Positions 20,330 to 30,067 of a DNA stretch of 64,000 bases are shown in pieces. The position numbers and the translations under genes are program-made. The notes under the pieces are model-generated. The model saw only the letters and a program-made list of their open reading frames with translations, was not told the DNA's origin and did no database searches. This stretch comes from Dehalococcoidia bacterium (lineage in GTDB: Bacteria; Chloroflexota; Dehalococcoidia; Lucifugimonadales; JAGWBF01): positions 124,863 to 188,862 of the forward strand of contig CBDDBY010000002.1 of assembly GCA_965225925.1 (NCBI GenBank). The letters run 5' to 3'. Every line of letters starts with the position of its first letter. The first letter of the stretch is position 1.

Positions 20330-20447
20330 GTAGTAATCCTGTCTCTTCCAAATATATGTTGCTTCGCTCTACCCAAGCCCTCCGTAGAGCAGCGCTTTGT
20401 AAGGACCTGACAACTGAAATCAACCAGGCTCCCGGACCGGCACCGCA

Positions 20448-22046
20448 TCAGCCCGAAGCGTCACCGGCGCCCTTTTTCGCTCCCCGGGACAGTGCGTCCA
20501 GTACGACACCCACCCTCGACCTGAAGGGCCGGACCACATTACGGCTGGCCGGAACTCCCAGGGCGACCACGAATATTGGGCTTTTCCCCTCGGCGTGGGG
20601 AGAGAAGAAAGAAGTAGCATCATCATCATAGAATGTAAGGCCACTGGCCCCAAGGCCGAAGGAGTAGGCAGACAGGTAAATCTTACCACCGACAATTCCC
20701 GCTTCGAGCTGCGCAGCCCGGTAGCCCCGGTTACCGAATCTGCCCAGGACGCGCTCGAGGTCGGCCATCAGGAAAAACACCGCGCTGGCGTCGGCGGCGA
20801 GGGCTTGCTCGAAGCATACATGCCCGGCCTCAGCTCTGAAGTCGCCCGCCGCCAGCAGTTCCAATCCCTCGGCCTTCCGAGAAATAACATAACTGCCAGG
20901 CGAGAGCCCCTCCACAGCGTTGACGATGACGTAGACATCCAGTAGGCTCTCACCACCTGTCCCCAGGAAATCGGCCTTAATCCCCCTGGTGGACCGGTGG
21001 AGGATAGCACTGAACTGGGTTTCGGGGATGGGGACAGGGTCGAAACGGCGCGTCGACCCACGGTTGCGGATCACTTCATCCAGGCTGCGCCGGACCTCAC
21101 CTCCATAAGCACCGGCAGCATTGGCCCGAACGGGATGAATATGGCCTCCCACTTCGGCCGGCCTAGCCTCTAAAAATCCCCTCCAGGCAGTCACCTCGTC
21201 GGGAGTGTTCAGCGCAGACGAACGGTGAAGCGCACAAATCTCAGGGTAGCTAATGGCATCAGCCGGGGTATTCACTTCCTGCGAAAGTGGTTCCAGGGCC
21301 AAAGGATGGGCGACCGCGTGGGCGCCCTCCGGACCTCCGACCGGAATGAGGCAGAGGCTGGCTTCATCCTCCCCTGAAACCCCCACCAACCGGTTAACGC
21401 TGTCATCCACAAATCCGGCGCACAACAGGGCTGGCAGTCCTAACGTGCTGGCCGTGGCAAGCAGGTTGGCGGCAATGGTGCCGTTGTCCCAGAAGCAGTA
21501 ACGGTAAGAGCGGGCCCGGTATTTCCAGGCGCTGCGCCAGAAAATCGCTGTGTAGATCAGGGTGGCTTCGGATGAGGAGATTTCCGGGTCACCGCCAGCG
21601 GCTCTGGCAAGCTCCCCCCGATAGTCCCCCTTCCTCAGCTGTTGCAAGACGAAATCCTGGGGCGAGAAATGGTAGACACCCGCCTCCAGACCCGGAATAT
21701 CCTTGCACAGGATGTAGACCTCCACAGGGTACAGGCCTCCGGCGGAGGAGGCGGCCCGGAAATGCACCTCTCCCGACCTGGGGAAGACAACCTTCCTGAC
21801 CAGTCCGGCGGAGAAGAACAGCAGATGGGCGAGGGCTGTGAGGTCCAGAGATGCCCCTGCGGCGCGGCCCATGCCCGCCACGGCGTCCAGTGCATCGGCG
21901 TTGGGCGGCGGGAACCCGGTGGGAAGGGGTATGGCCGGCAGGATGGGATAATCCTTGAACTGCGCCGGCTTGGTCTTGAGGTTGATATAAGACAGCTTGG
22001 TGGCCTCATGATAGGCCCGGGCCGCGCCCACATCCTGGTTGGCCAC
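20448..22046 (-). CDS. SagB-type dehydrogenase / tandem nitroreductase-fold protein
   Basis: N-terminal YHEATKLS motif and two nitroreductase-like halves (each with a ...STRRF/YRY... core). 532 aa. Confidence 0.75.
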   Translation of the reverse strand: MANQDVGAARAYHEATKLSYINLKTKPAQFKDYPILPAIPLPTGFPPPNADALDAVAGMGRAAGASLDLTALAHLLFFSAGLVRKVVFPRSGEVHFRAASSAGGLYPVEVYILCKDIPGLEAGVYHFSPQDFVLQQLRKGDYRGELARAAGGDPEISSSEATLIYTAIFWRSAWKYRARSYRYCFWDNGTIAANLLATASTLGLPALLCAGFVDDSVNRLVGVSGEDEASLCLIPVGGPEGAHAVAHPLALEPLSQEVNTPADAISYPEICALHRSSALNTPDEVTAWRGFLEARPAEVGGHIHPVRANAAGAYGGEVRRSLDEVIRNRGSTRRFDPVPIPETQFSAILHRSTRGIKADFLGTGGESLLDVYVIVNAVEGLSPGSYVISRKAEGLELLAAGDFRAEAGHVCFEQALAADASAVFFLMADLERVLGRFGNRGYRAAQLEAGIVGGKIYLSAYSFGLGASGLTFYDDDATSFFSPHAEGKSPIFVVALGVPASRNVVRPFRSRVGVVLDALSRGAKKGAGDASG

Positions 22047-22148
22047 AATATCCTCCTTCGGAACCCTTCGGGGGACCTTTCTGGGGGACCTTCAGGGAAT
22101 ATCAGGGTCTTACATTAGGACAAATGCCGATGTCCAGATGTCCCAATT

Positions 22149-22688
22149 TTAATGAGGTCTATGGGCGAGTATGGGCGGCGCCCACAACCTCACGCCCTCG
22201 GGCAGCTCAAGGGAATTCCCTCCGTCGTCTATCAACTTTCTGAGCAGCTCAGCCACCGTCAGATTCAACACCGGGTGCAGGAGTGCCGGCGCTATCTCCG
22301 CCAAGGGGACCAGCACGAAAGCCCGTTCCTGCAACCGTGCATGAGGTATCTGAAGTCCCGGCTCTTTAATCACCTGCCGACTATAGAAGAGAATGTCTAC
22401 ATCCATGGTGCGGGGACCGTTTGCGAAGCTTGGCTCCCTCCCTATGGCCCTTTCCACTTCTTTGATCGCAGCCAGCAGGGCCCGGGGGTCCACAGATGTC
22501 CGGCCCTCGCATACACAGTTAAGGAACCGGGGCTGGGGCTGATATCCCCACGGCTCGGTATCGTAAAGGGATGAAGCCTTTTCCATGGAAATAGTATCCC
22601 CCAGTAGCTTCAGCGCCCTGCGGAGGTTCGCTTCCCGGTCCCCCAGGTTGGAACCCAGGCCTAGATATACCGTGTTCAGTGGCCCCAT
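22149..22688 (-). CDS. folK: 2-amino-4-hydroxy-6-hydroxymethyldihydropteridine diphosphokinase
   Basis: VYLGLGSNLGDREANL...YDTEPWGYQPQPRFLN...PRTMDVDILFY...IPHARLQERAFVLVPL. ATG at 22688 overlaps the folP stop by 13 nt. Confidence 0.85.
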   Translation of the reverse strand: MGPLNTVYLGLGSNLGDREANLRRALKLLGDTISMEKASSLYDTEPWGYQPQPRFLNCVCEGRTSVDPRALLAAIKEVERAIGREPSFANGPRTMDVDILFYSRQVIKEPGLQIPHARLQERAFVLVPLAEIAPALLHPVLNLTVAELLRKLIDDGGNSLELPEGVRLWAPPILAHRPH

Positions 22689-23581
22689 CCCGGAGGCCTC
22701 CAGCCTCGTGTGATAGCATCGCTCATCCGGGCCACCTGCACCATCTCCCTCACGTCGTGCACCCTGACTATATCGGCGCCTCCGGCAATGCAAAGGGCCA
22801 CAGCCGCCGCAGTGCCGTGGAGCCGTTCTTCGGGAGACACCCCTCCAAGAACCAGGCCGACGTGGGACTTGCGTGAGGGGCCCACCAGCACCGGCTGGCC
22901 GATGACCTTCAGCTCCGCCAGCCTGCGTTCCAGCTCAAGGCTCTGGTCGGCTATTTTGCCAAATCCGACGCCCGGGTCGACGATGATATTCTCCCTGAGA
23001 ATTCCTGATGCAGAAGCCCTCTCAACGGCCCGGCGTAAAGACCCGGTTACGTCGGATACCAGGTCACCGTATTCATGCCCCCTCTGGTTGTGCATCAGCA
23101 CCACCGGGACTCCGTGGGTGGACGCCAGGTCCAACATCTCGGGCATCTCGGGTATCTCGGGCATCTCGGGGTCGTCCAGCACACCCCAAACATTGTTCAC
23201 CATGCTGGCCCCCGCTTCCAGACCTTTTCGAGCAACCGTCGCCTTATACGTATCCACGCTGATGGGGACCTTCAGAACTCGGTACAGGGCCTCGATGACG
23301 GGTATGACCCGCTTCACCTCATCCTCTGCGTTGACGGGTAGCGCCTGGGGTTGGTTGTCGTACCGGCGGGTGGACTCCCCTCCCACGTCTATGATGTCCG
23401 CACCCTCGGCCTCCATGCGCAGCGCCTGGTCGACGGCGGCATCCACATCGTTCCCCAGCCCGTCCCCCGAGAAGGAGTCGGGGGTCACGTTTACAACCCC
23501 CATTACATAGGTGCGTTCCCCCCACACGAAGCTCCTGCCACCGCATACGGTAACGTATCCCAGTTCCTTCTGGATGGTCAT
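22676..23581 (-). CDS. folP: Dihydropteroate synthase
   Basis: VMGVVNVTPDSFSGDG, DIIDVGGESTR, ISVDTYKA, IVDPGVGFGK and PVLVGPSRKS motifs. ATG 23581 preferred. The ORF is open up to 23668. Confidence 0.9.
   Translation of the reverse strand: MTIQKELGYVTVCGGRSFVWGERTYVMGVVNVTPDSFSGDGLGNDVDAAVDQALRMEAEGADIIDVGGESTRRYDNQPQALPVNAEDEVKRVIPVIEALYRVLKVPISVDTYKATVARKGLEAGASMVNNVWGVLDDPEMPEIPEMPEMLDLASTHGVPVVLMHNQRGHEYGDLVSDVTGSLRRAVERASASGILRENIIVDPGVGFGKIADQSLELERRLAELKVIGQPVLVGPSRKSHVGLVLGGVSPEERLHGTAAAVALCIAGGADIVRVHDVREMVQVARMSDAITRGWRPPGWGH
23135..23170. repeat. Four tandem copies of a 9-bp unit (CATCTCGGG/TATCTCGGG) inside folP
   Basis: Read directly from the sequence. Encodes PEMPEIPEMPEM on the minus strand. 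Confidence 0.85.
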
Positions 23582-23803
23582 TTTGCCCGTATCCCTCTGC
23601 TGTAAAGAAAGGAGCAATCTATCATCGTCACCCATTGTAACACCGCCACCCTTAGCTTGCACCGGCAATCCCTATCTGCTACCATGAAGCCGCATTTTAG
23701 CAGCCACAGAGGCACCGAGGATTCATACAATATTTCACTTGTCTCGGTGTCTCAGTGCATCTGTGGCTGGTATACGGAGTCTGGCAAGGCGGTTGAAGGA
23801 AAG

Positions 23804-25348
23804 ATGGGACAAAATCTGGAGCGGTTGGCGGAGCTAAGGGAGCAGTCCAGGCAGGGTGGCGGTGAAAAGCGCATCCAACAGCAGCACGAAAAGGGGAAAC
23901 TGACCTCCAGGGAGCGGGTGGACCTGCTTTTGGACCAGGGGACCTTCCAGGAGATCGACCCTTTCGTGACCCACAGGGCCACCGACTTCGGCATGGCTGA
24001 CCGAAAGACCATGGGCGATGCGGTGGTCACCGGCTACGGCAAGGTGGACGGCCGCCAGATATTCGTGTTCTCCCAGGACTTCACCATCCTGGGGGGATCC
24101 GTGTCCGAGGTGGTGGGCCAAAAGATATGTAAAGTAATGGACATGGCGATGAAGACCGGCTCTCCCATCGTGGGCCTGAACGACTCGGGGGGCGCCCGGA
24201 TCCAGGAGGGAGTCCTCAGTCTATCGGCCTACGGTGAAATCTTCCTGAGAAACACTCTTGCCTCCGGGGTGGTGCCCCAGCTATCGGTGATCCTCGGCCC
24301 ATCAGCAGGAGGTGCGGTCTACTCCCCCGCGATAACCGACTTTGTGTTCATGGTCCAGGGAATAAGCCAGATGTACATTACGGGACCCGACGTCGTTAAA
24401 GCAGTGTTAGGCGAGGAGGTAACTCACGAGGACCTGGGAGGTGCCTTGACCCACGGCAGCCGCAGCGGCGTCGCCCATTTCGTCTTCGATAGCGAGAATG
24501 AGTGCCTGGCCCAGGTCAGGCGTCTCCTAGGGTTCCTCCCCTCCAACAACATGGAGGACCCACCCAACATCGGCTTCGTGGACCACCCCGGCAGCCTGGA
24601 CGAAAGCCTCTCTGAAATTGTGCCCGACGAGCCCAACCGGGCCTACGACATCCGTGATGTGGTGATGCGGGTTGTGGACAACGAAGACTTCATGGAGGTG
24701 CAGCCGGACTTCGCTCGCAACATCGTCGTGGGCCTAGCCCGTTTGAATGGGAGGCCGGTGGGCATCGTGGGTAACCAGCCCGCCCACATGGCGGGAGTAC
24801 TGGACATCAACGCATCCATGAAAGCGTCCAGGTTTATCCGCTTCTGCGACTGCTTCAACGTGCCCCTTATAACCTTTGTGGACGTGCCGGGATTCATGCC
24901 CGGCACCGGCCAGGAATACGGGGGGATAATCAAGCATGGGGCCAAGCTGCTGTACGCCTACGCCGAGGCCACCGTGCCCAAAATAAGTGTCATGACCCGC
25001 AAGGCATACGGAGGGGCCTACATCGTCATGAGCAGCAAGCATCTGGGGGGCGACGTTAACCTGGCATGGCCGTCGGCGGAGATCGCGGTGATGGGCCCCG
25101 ACGGGGCGGTGAACATAGTTTTCCGGGAAGAGTTGTCCAAGGCGGAGAATCCCGAGGAGACCCGCACCAGCCTGACCAGCGAGTACCGGGACAGGTTTGC
25201 CAATCCCTATGTGGCCGCCAGCATGGGGTACCTGGATGACGTGATAGAACCCAATGAGACCCGTCCCCGGCTCATAAAGGCCCTGGACATGCTCCAGAAC
25301 AAGCGGGACACTCTACCGCCCAAGAAACACGGGAACATACCGCTCTAG
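23804..25348 (+). CDS. Acyl-CoA carboxylase carboxyltransferase subunit (propionyl-CoA carboxylase beta / methylmalonyl-CoA carboxyltransferase family)
   Basis: KGKLTSRERVDLLLD, GRQIFVFSQDFTILGGS, NDSGGARIQEG, FVDVPGFMPG and ITRKAYGGAY-type motifs. ATG 23804 preceded by GAAGGA. Confidence 0.9.
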   Translation: MGQNLERLAELREQSRQGGGEKRIQQQHEKGKLTSRERVDLLLDQGTFQEIDPFVTHRATDFGMADRKTMGDAVVTGYGKVDGRQIFVFSQDFTILGGSVSEVVGQKICKVMDMAMKTGSPIVGLNDSGGARIQEGVLSLSAYGEIFLRNTLASGVVPQLSVILGPSAGGAVYSPAITDFVFMVQGISQMYITGPDVVKAVLGEEVTHEDLGGALTHGSRSGVAHFVFDSENECLAQVRRLLGFLPSNNMEDPPNIGFVDHPGSLDESLSEIVPDEPNRAYDIRDVVMRVVDNEDFMEVQPDFARNIVVGLARLNGRPVGIVGNQPAHMAGVLDINASMKASRFIRFCDCFNVPLITFVDVPGFMPGTGQEYGGIIKHGAKLLYAYAEATVPKISVMTRKAYGGAYIVMSSKHLGGDVNLAWPSAEIAVMGPDGAVNIVFREELSKAENPEETRTSLTSEYRDRFANPYVAASMGYLDDVIEPNETRPRLIKALDMLQNKRDTLPPKKHGNIPL

Positions 25349-25560
25349 ACACCGAACCATCTCTACCGATTTATTCCATCCTTCTTCTGAGGTCGCCCTA
25401 TTCACGCAATGCGGCTGTGGCAATGTGCCCTTGCCCGAATGCGAAGGCCGAAGATGTTCAGGGAGATATTCTAGCCTCGGGCATTCTTTGCTGCTAAACT
25501 GTTGAATGCTCCGGCCCCAAGGCTGGCGCCGTAAGTTTATAGGACATGGGGAGGCGAGAG

Positions 25561-26588
25561 ATGAAGTTCGGGATGTTCGACCAGTTGCCTTGCGCGGACT
25601 GGCAGTCGCCCTTCCAGCGTTACCAGGAGGTCCTGGAACAGATCCAGCTGGGGGACGAGTTGGGTTTCGGCAATGTGTGGCTGGCCGAGCACCACTTCAG
25701 CCCCGAAACTTGTTTAACACCCTCACCCCTCATGCTGGCGTCCGCCGCCGCTCAACGGACCAAGAGGATACGCCTGGGAGTGGCGGTGAACCTGCTGCCC
25801 TATCACGACCCCATCCGCATGGCCGAGGATATCGCCACTTTGGACCTCATCTCCAACGGCCGGGCCGAGTTCGGAGTGGGGCGCGGTGCTTCCCCATCCC
25901 ACTCCAAGGGGTTCCATATCCCCCAGGAAGAGAACAGGGAGCGTTTCCTGGAGTCCCCCTGCGATTCATCCTGGAGGCGTGGACCCAGGACGAGTTTTCA
26001 TTCAAGGGAAAGTATTACAGCGCCGACAACCTGCGGGTGGTGCCCAAACCCCTCCAGAAACTCCATCCCTCCATCCGAATCGCCTCCAACAGCCAGGACA
26101 CCTTCGAGCTGGTGGGCAAACTGGGCTAAAAGATATTCGCCACCCCGGTGGTGGTCCCCCTACCCAATCTCCGGGATGGGGTCAAGGTGTACAGAGAAAC
26201 CCTGGCAGCAGGAGGACACCCGGTCAACTCCGACGAGCTGTCCCTGGCGATCCCCATCTACGTGGCCAAGGACCCGCAGGAGGCCCAGGCCGTACCCGAG
26301 GCCAGCGCCAAGAGCTATATCTCCATCGCCCTCAAGGCCGTGGCGGAGATTCCGAGCCTCCGGGACAGTCTGGAAAGGCTGCGCACCATGACCTACGACG
26401 ACTACTGCAGTGAGATCGCTATCTACGAGACCCCGCACGGGTGCGTCGAAAGGCTGAAGGCTCTTGTGGAGGAGTTCCGTCCCGGAGGGCTGATGTTCTG
26501 GTTCAACCAGGGGGGCCTGATAGACCACTCAAAGGTAATGGGGTCAATGAGGCTTTTCGCCCAAGAGGTGATGCCCCATTTCCGCTAG
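25561..26588 (+). pseudogene. LLM-class (luciferase-like) flavin-dependent oxidoreductase, frameshifted and with in-frame TAA
   Basis: MKFGMFDQ...LAEHHFSPE...RAEFGVGRG runs in frame 1 up to a C5 run at 25955-25959. ILEAWTQDEFSFKGKYYS...GKLG then follows in another frame. TAA at 26127-26129 is followed in that same frame by KIFATPVVVP...FAQEVMPHFR. Confidence 0.75.
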
Positions 26589-26624
26589 AGGAATTACCGG
26601 GCCCTCGCCGCCGGATGAGTTCAT

Positions 26625-27692
26625 CTAGTTGGAGACCCAGGCCAGGGCATTCACCTGGCCGAACTCGTAGGCGAATTTGCTCCAGGAGTCGCCTCCGTCG
26701 GCGGTGCAAAAGATCTGGCCGTTGACGCTGCTGGCCAGCACATAATCCGGGTCGGAGGGGTGGGCGGCCAGGTTCCACACAGTCCCGTTGGGCTCGCCGG
26801 GCAACGGGAGCCGTTCCCACGTCTTCCCCCTGTTCCTGGAGCAGTGTACCGACCCCGGTGTCCAACTCAAACCGGCCCCCCCACCATAATCTGCCACCCC
26901 ATTGCCCATGATGATGGTCTGGGGATCGTCGGCCTTGACCACCGACCCCCGGCAGGTGGTGATTCCCTGTGCAACCACATCTACGGGCTCGAAGGTGCCG
27001 CCGTCGTCGGTGGTCAAATAGACCTGCCGAGTGGCAACGATCACCACGGTCTTGGGCGGCCCGGCAGTGATGGCGATGCTGTGTATATCCGGCTCCTCAA
27101 AGGACACCACCTCCCAGCTATCGCCCCCATCCCTGCTGAGGCGCAGGCAGTCCACCTCTATACCAGCCCAGACATAATTGTGATTTACCGGGTCAATCTG
27201 AATGCTTGTCACCCTGGCCATCTCTATATTCGCGCATCTCTCCCGCAGCTCCACCGGCAGCTTTTCCCAGGTCAGGCCGCCGTCCTTTGTGCGGAATATG
27301 GCTGAAGGGCAGGTGTCGGCGAAGATTATATTCGGGTCGACGGGGTCAATGGCAAGGGGCCAGATGGTACAGGCGCATACCCGGTGAAACCCGTGGTGGC
27401 CTGAGTTCATCGGCGAGTCCAGCCTCAGCCAGTTCTCTCCTCTATCTTCGGTACGGTAGACTCCACTGTCGGAGCCGGCGTAAAGGATTCTGGGGTCCTT
27501 GGGATGGACTACCATGGCGCGCACCTGGGACTCACTGGCGATGTGCCTGAACTCCACCACCTCGGGTTGTCCTGAGCCGCGCCCCTGGGGGACATCCTTA
27601 CCCCTGGTCCGCTCAAATGTTTCTCCGCCATCGGTGCTCCGCCAGATCCCCTAGCCAAGGGTCCCTACTAATATGGTGGCGTTTTTGCCCAT
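26625..27692 (-). pseudogene. BNR/Asp-box repeat (sialidase/Ycf48-like beta-propeller) protein interrupted by in-frame TAG
   Basis: Seven SxDxGxTW-like boxes (STDGGETF, TEDRGENW, TKDGGLTW, SRDGGDSW, TTDDGGTF, SRNRGKTW, TADGGDSW). ATG at 27692 gives MGKNATILVGTLG, then TAG at 27651-27653, then GIWRSTDGGETF in the same frame. Confidence 0.7.
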
Positions 27693-27857
27693 GGCCTGTT
27701 CTCCTCCCGCGAGAATTCACCCAAGTGCGGACCAAATCCAATTAGAATGGACCCCTGTTTAACTATAGGGTCCTTCCAACCGGCCACGCCCTGCAATATG
27801 GATTATCTAACCTGGCCGGGCCTTGCCGCCGAACCGGCGGCGATGTTCCCGGAGCGT

Positions 27858-28220
27858 TCAATTGTCCATCACCACCAGCATTCCCGCATCCACCGCCGCC
27901 CGTGCCGCCTCTTCGTCAACCACCCCATCCTGCATCCAGATGTACTTTGCCCCCACCTGGATGGCCTCCTCTACCACCGAGCCTGCGAACTCCGACCGCC
28001 GGAATATGTCCACCATGTCAATGGGCTCCGGGACGGAGGTCAGATCGGGATAGCTCTTTTCTCCCAGCACCTCGTCAGTCATGGGGTTGACGGAAATAAT
28101 CCTGTAGCCCTGCTCTTGTAGATATCTTGCGACCCGGTGGCTGTCCCGCTGGGGGTTGGGAGAGAGGCCCACCACAGCGATGGTGTTGCTACGGGAAAGC
28201 TGCTCCTCGATACAGTGCAT
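27858..28220 (-). CDS. CoA-binding domain protein (YccU/YneT-like)
   Basis: IAVVGLSPNPQRDSHRVARYLQEQGYRIISVNP...YPDL...IDMVDIFRR is the CoA_binding_2 pattern. Confidence 0.8.
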   Translation of the reverse strand: MHCIEEQLSRSNTIAVVGLSPNPQRDSHRVARYLQEQGYRIISVNPMTDEVLGEKSYPDLTSVPEPIDMVDIFRRSEFAGSVVEEAIQVGAKYIWMQDGVVDEEAARAAVDAGMLVVMDN

Positions 28221-28270
28221 CGCTCAATCCGCCTATGGAAATAGTCAATTCTCGGGAGGTATCCTGGGGT

Positions 28271-28501
28271 TTAAAAGCTCGTCGAAGGCCGTGCCCTCGC
28301 CCAACCCGTCCCTCGACAGAAGTTGCACCGGAAAGCGGACTTCTTCCCTTTTCCTTGACAGTGGACACACGCCTGGGCTGGCTGCGCGACCTGTACCTTT
28401 CCTTCACCGGCACAGGCGTTACACCTGTTGGAGTCCAGGTTGCCCGTGCCCACGCAGTAATTACACGTCTCTGCCGCGTATTCCGTATTTGCCTGGGTCA
28501 T
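28271..28501 (-). CDS. Stand-alone DnaJ-type cysteine-rich zinc-finger protein
   Basis: Four CxxCxGxG units in 76 aa: CNYCVGTG, CNACAGEG, CVHCQGKG, CNFCRGTG. Confidence 0.6.
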   Translation of the reverse strand: MTQANTEYAAETCNYCVGTGNLDSNRCNACAGEGKVQVAQPAQACVHCQGKGKKSAFRCNFCRGTGWARARPSTSF

Positions 28502-28626
28502 TGACGCCCCCCTTAGGTCATGAATATAATCACGGTGTAGGAGCGGATGCCTACGATTACTTCAGAGTAATCGCCTAGGTCTACTTCGGGTTAATCGAAA
28601 GAGGCCTGGGCTCCTGGGCGGACCTT

Positions 28627-29508
28627 TTAGCCCTCTCTTTCCCCCTCCACCATTCGCCGGTCCATCTCCTGCAGGAACCGCTCCACCTCAGGCGATAGTG
28701 GCGGCGGGCTCTCCTGTTCTGGCTTTTGGGCCTTGGCATCGTAACTGGCTTCCAGCTGCTGGACCATGGTCTTTGCCCTGGGATTGCGGGCCACCGCCGC
28801 TTCTATCTGCTCATACTGGCGCTGGCCCCGCTCGCTGTCGATCAAATGAGATGGCAGACCGTACCACTGGCATAGGATCTCCAACAGACGGGCAACTCCC
28901 GAATAGTCCTCGTCGAGCTGAGCGTAATGGGGAAGATGGGCCAGAAAGTTGGCCGTCTCGATGCCCAAGCCGGGAGTTCCCTGGGTAATAAGGTAGGTGA
29001 TGCTGGTAGGACCCTGGTAATTGCTGCGCTCTATCCTGAAACGGTTGGCCACCTCATCTGAGGTGATTCCCGTGACCTGTAGGGGCCTGGTATGGGGCAC
29101 AGAGTCGGAAATGCCGCCCACCTGGGTATACCTTTCCGCACCGAAGTACTTCAGGAGCTCCAGCACGGAATCGACGTAGTCTTCGCCGAAGGCATGGGGC
29201 TCCAGGAGGTGGAAGAATAGGAAGTCGGGGGCCTGCTCCCCTTTGGCGAAAAGCACGGTGGTGTTGGGGATGGAGATCCGGCGCTCGACGCCCACGTTCA
29301 TCACCCTGGGCCGGTAGCGGGTGAAATCGTAAAAATTTCCTGGGCGGGCCAGCCTGCCGCATTCCTCCGCCTGCATATACCGCTCAAGGCGTATGAGGCA
29401 GTGCCGGCCTACTTTGCCCACGTCCACCCATGGCCGAATCGTGACCAGGGCATGGGGCCGATTCAACTCTGGTACGGGCTCATCTATCTCGAAAGCTCCG
29501 ATTTTCAT
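28627..29508 (-). CDS. PAC2 (proteasome assembly chaperone 2-like) family protein
   Basis: The N-terminal LVTIRPWVDVGKVG pattern and overall ~290-aa size match bacterial PAC2 family proteins. Confidence 0.55.
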   Translation of the reverse strand: MKIGAFEIDEPVPELNRPHALVTIRPWVDVGKVGRHCLIRLERYMQAEECGRLARPGNFYDFTRYRPRVMNVGVERRISIPNTTVLFAKGEQAPDFLFFHLLEPHAFGEDYVDSVLELLKYFGAERYTQVGGISDSVPHTRPLQVTGITSDEVANRFRIERSNYQGPTSITYLITQGTPGLGIETANFLAHLPHYAQLDEDYSGVARLLEILCQWYGLPSHLIDSERGQRQYEQIEAAVARNPRAKTMVQQLEASYDAKAQKPEQESPPPLSPEVERFLQEMDRRMVEGEREG

Positions 29509-29676
29509 GCCCCTATTTTGTCAGCAAAGAGGTCGAAATGCAAGGCGTTGTACCTGGAAATGGCCTTCAGGGGCTCACTATGGCTAATAAATCCTCCAGT
29601 GCGAGAACCGAGGGCCTTATGCTACACTAGGCGCCGTCGGGAACATTGGCCCATTCAAGATAAAAAAGGAGGAGAT

Positions 29677-29991
29677 ATGCGAGCACTGGTGGTGACCATC
29701 CAAATCAAGCCCGAGCATAAAGACGCCTTCATGGAGGCGATGCTGGATGACGCCCAAGGTTCGGCACGGAACGAGCCGGGCTGTCTCCGGTTCGACGTCG
29801 TCCAGGACCTGGAGGACCCGAACCGTATCCACCTCTACGAGGTTTACCGGGACGACGCCGCCATCGAGGCCCACCGCCAGGCGCCCCACTATCTGAAATG
29901 GCGGGAAACGGTCAAGGACTGGCACGCAGCCGAACCGGTTCGCCGTTCCTGTGTTACCGTGTACCCTCCGGACTCGGCGTGGAGCAAGTAG
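29677..29991 (+). CDS. Antibiotic-biosynthesis-monooxygenase (ABM) domain protein
   Basis: ALVVTIQIKPEHKDAFMEAM...EPGCLRFDVVQD...IHLYEVYRDDAAIEAHRQAPHY. AAAGGAGGAG RBS before the ATG at 29677. Confidence 0.75.
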   Translation: MRALVVTIQIKPEHKDAFMEAMLDDAQGSARNEPGCLRFDVVQDLEDPNRIHLYEVYRDDAAIEAHRQAPHYLKWRETVKDWHAAEPVRRSCVTVYPPDSAWSK

Positions 29992-30067
29992 CCCGGCTTC
30001 GACGCAACATCCCGCGCCTTTGTTGGCCGTGCCTCCGACAGGATAGCGAGACGAGGGAAGAAGCCGT

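Noticed and set aside
20448-22046. SagB-type gene as marker of a thiazole/oxazole-modified microcin (TOMM) cluster
   Set aside because: No YcaO/cyclodehydratase, docking protein, precursor peptide or transporter lies within several kb. The neighbours are folK/folP and a cation antiporter.
23135-23170. CRISPR-like repeat
   Set aside because: The units are 9 bp, directly abutting without spacers, and lie inside the folP coding frame. This is a microsatellite, not a CRISPR array. No CRISPR array was seen anywhere in the window.
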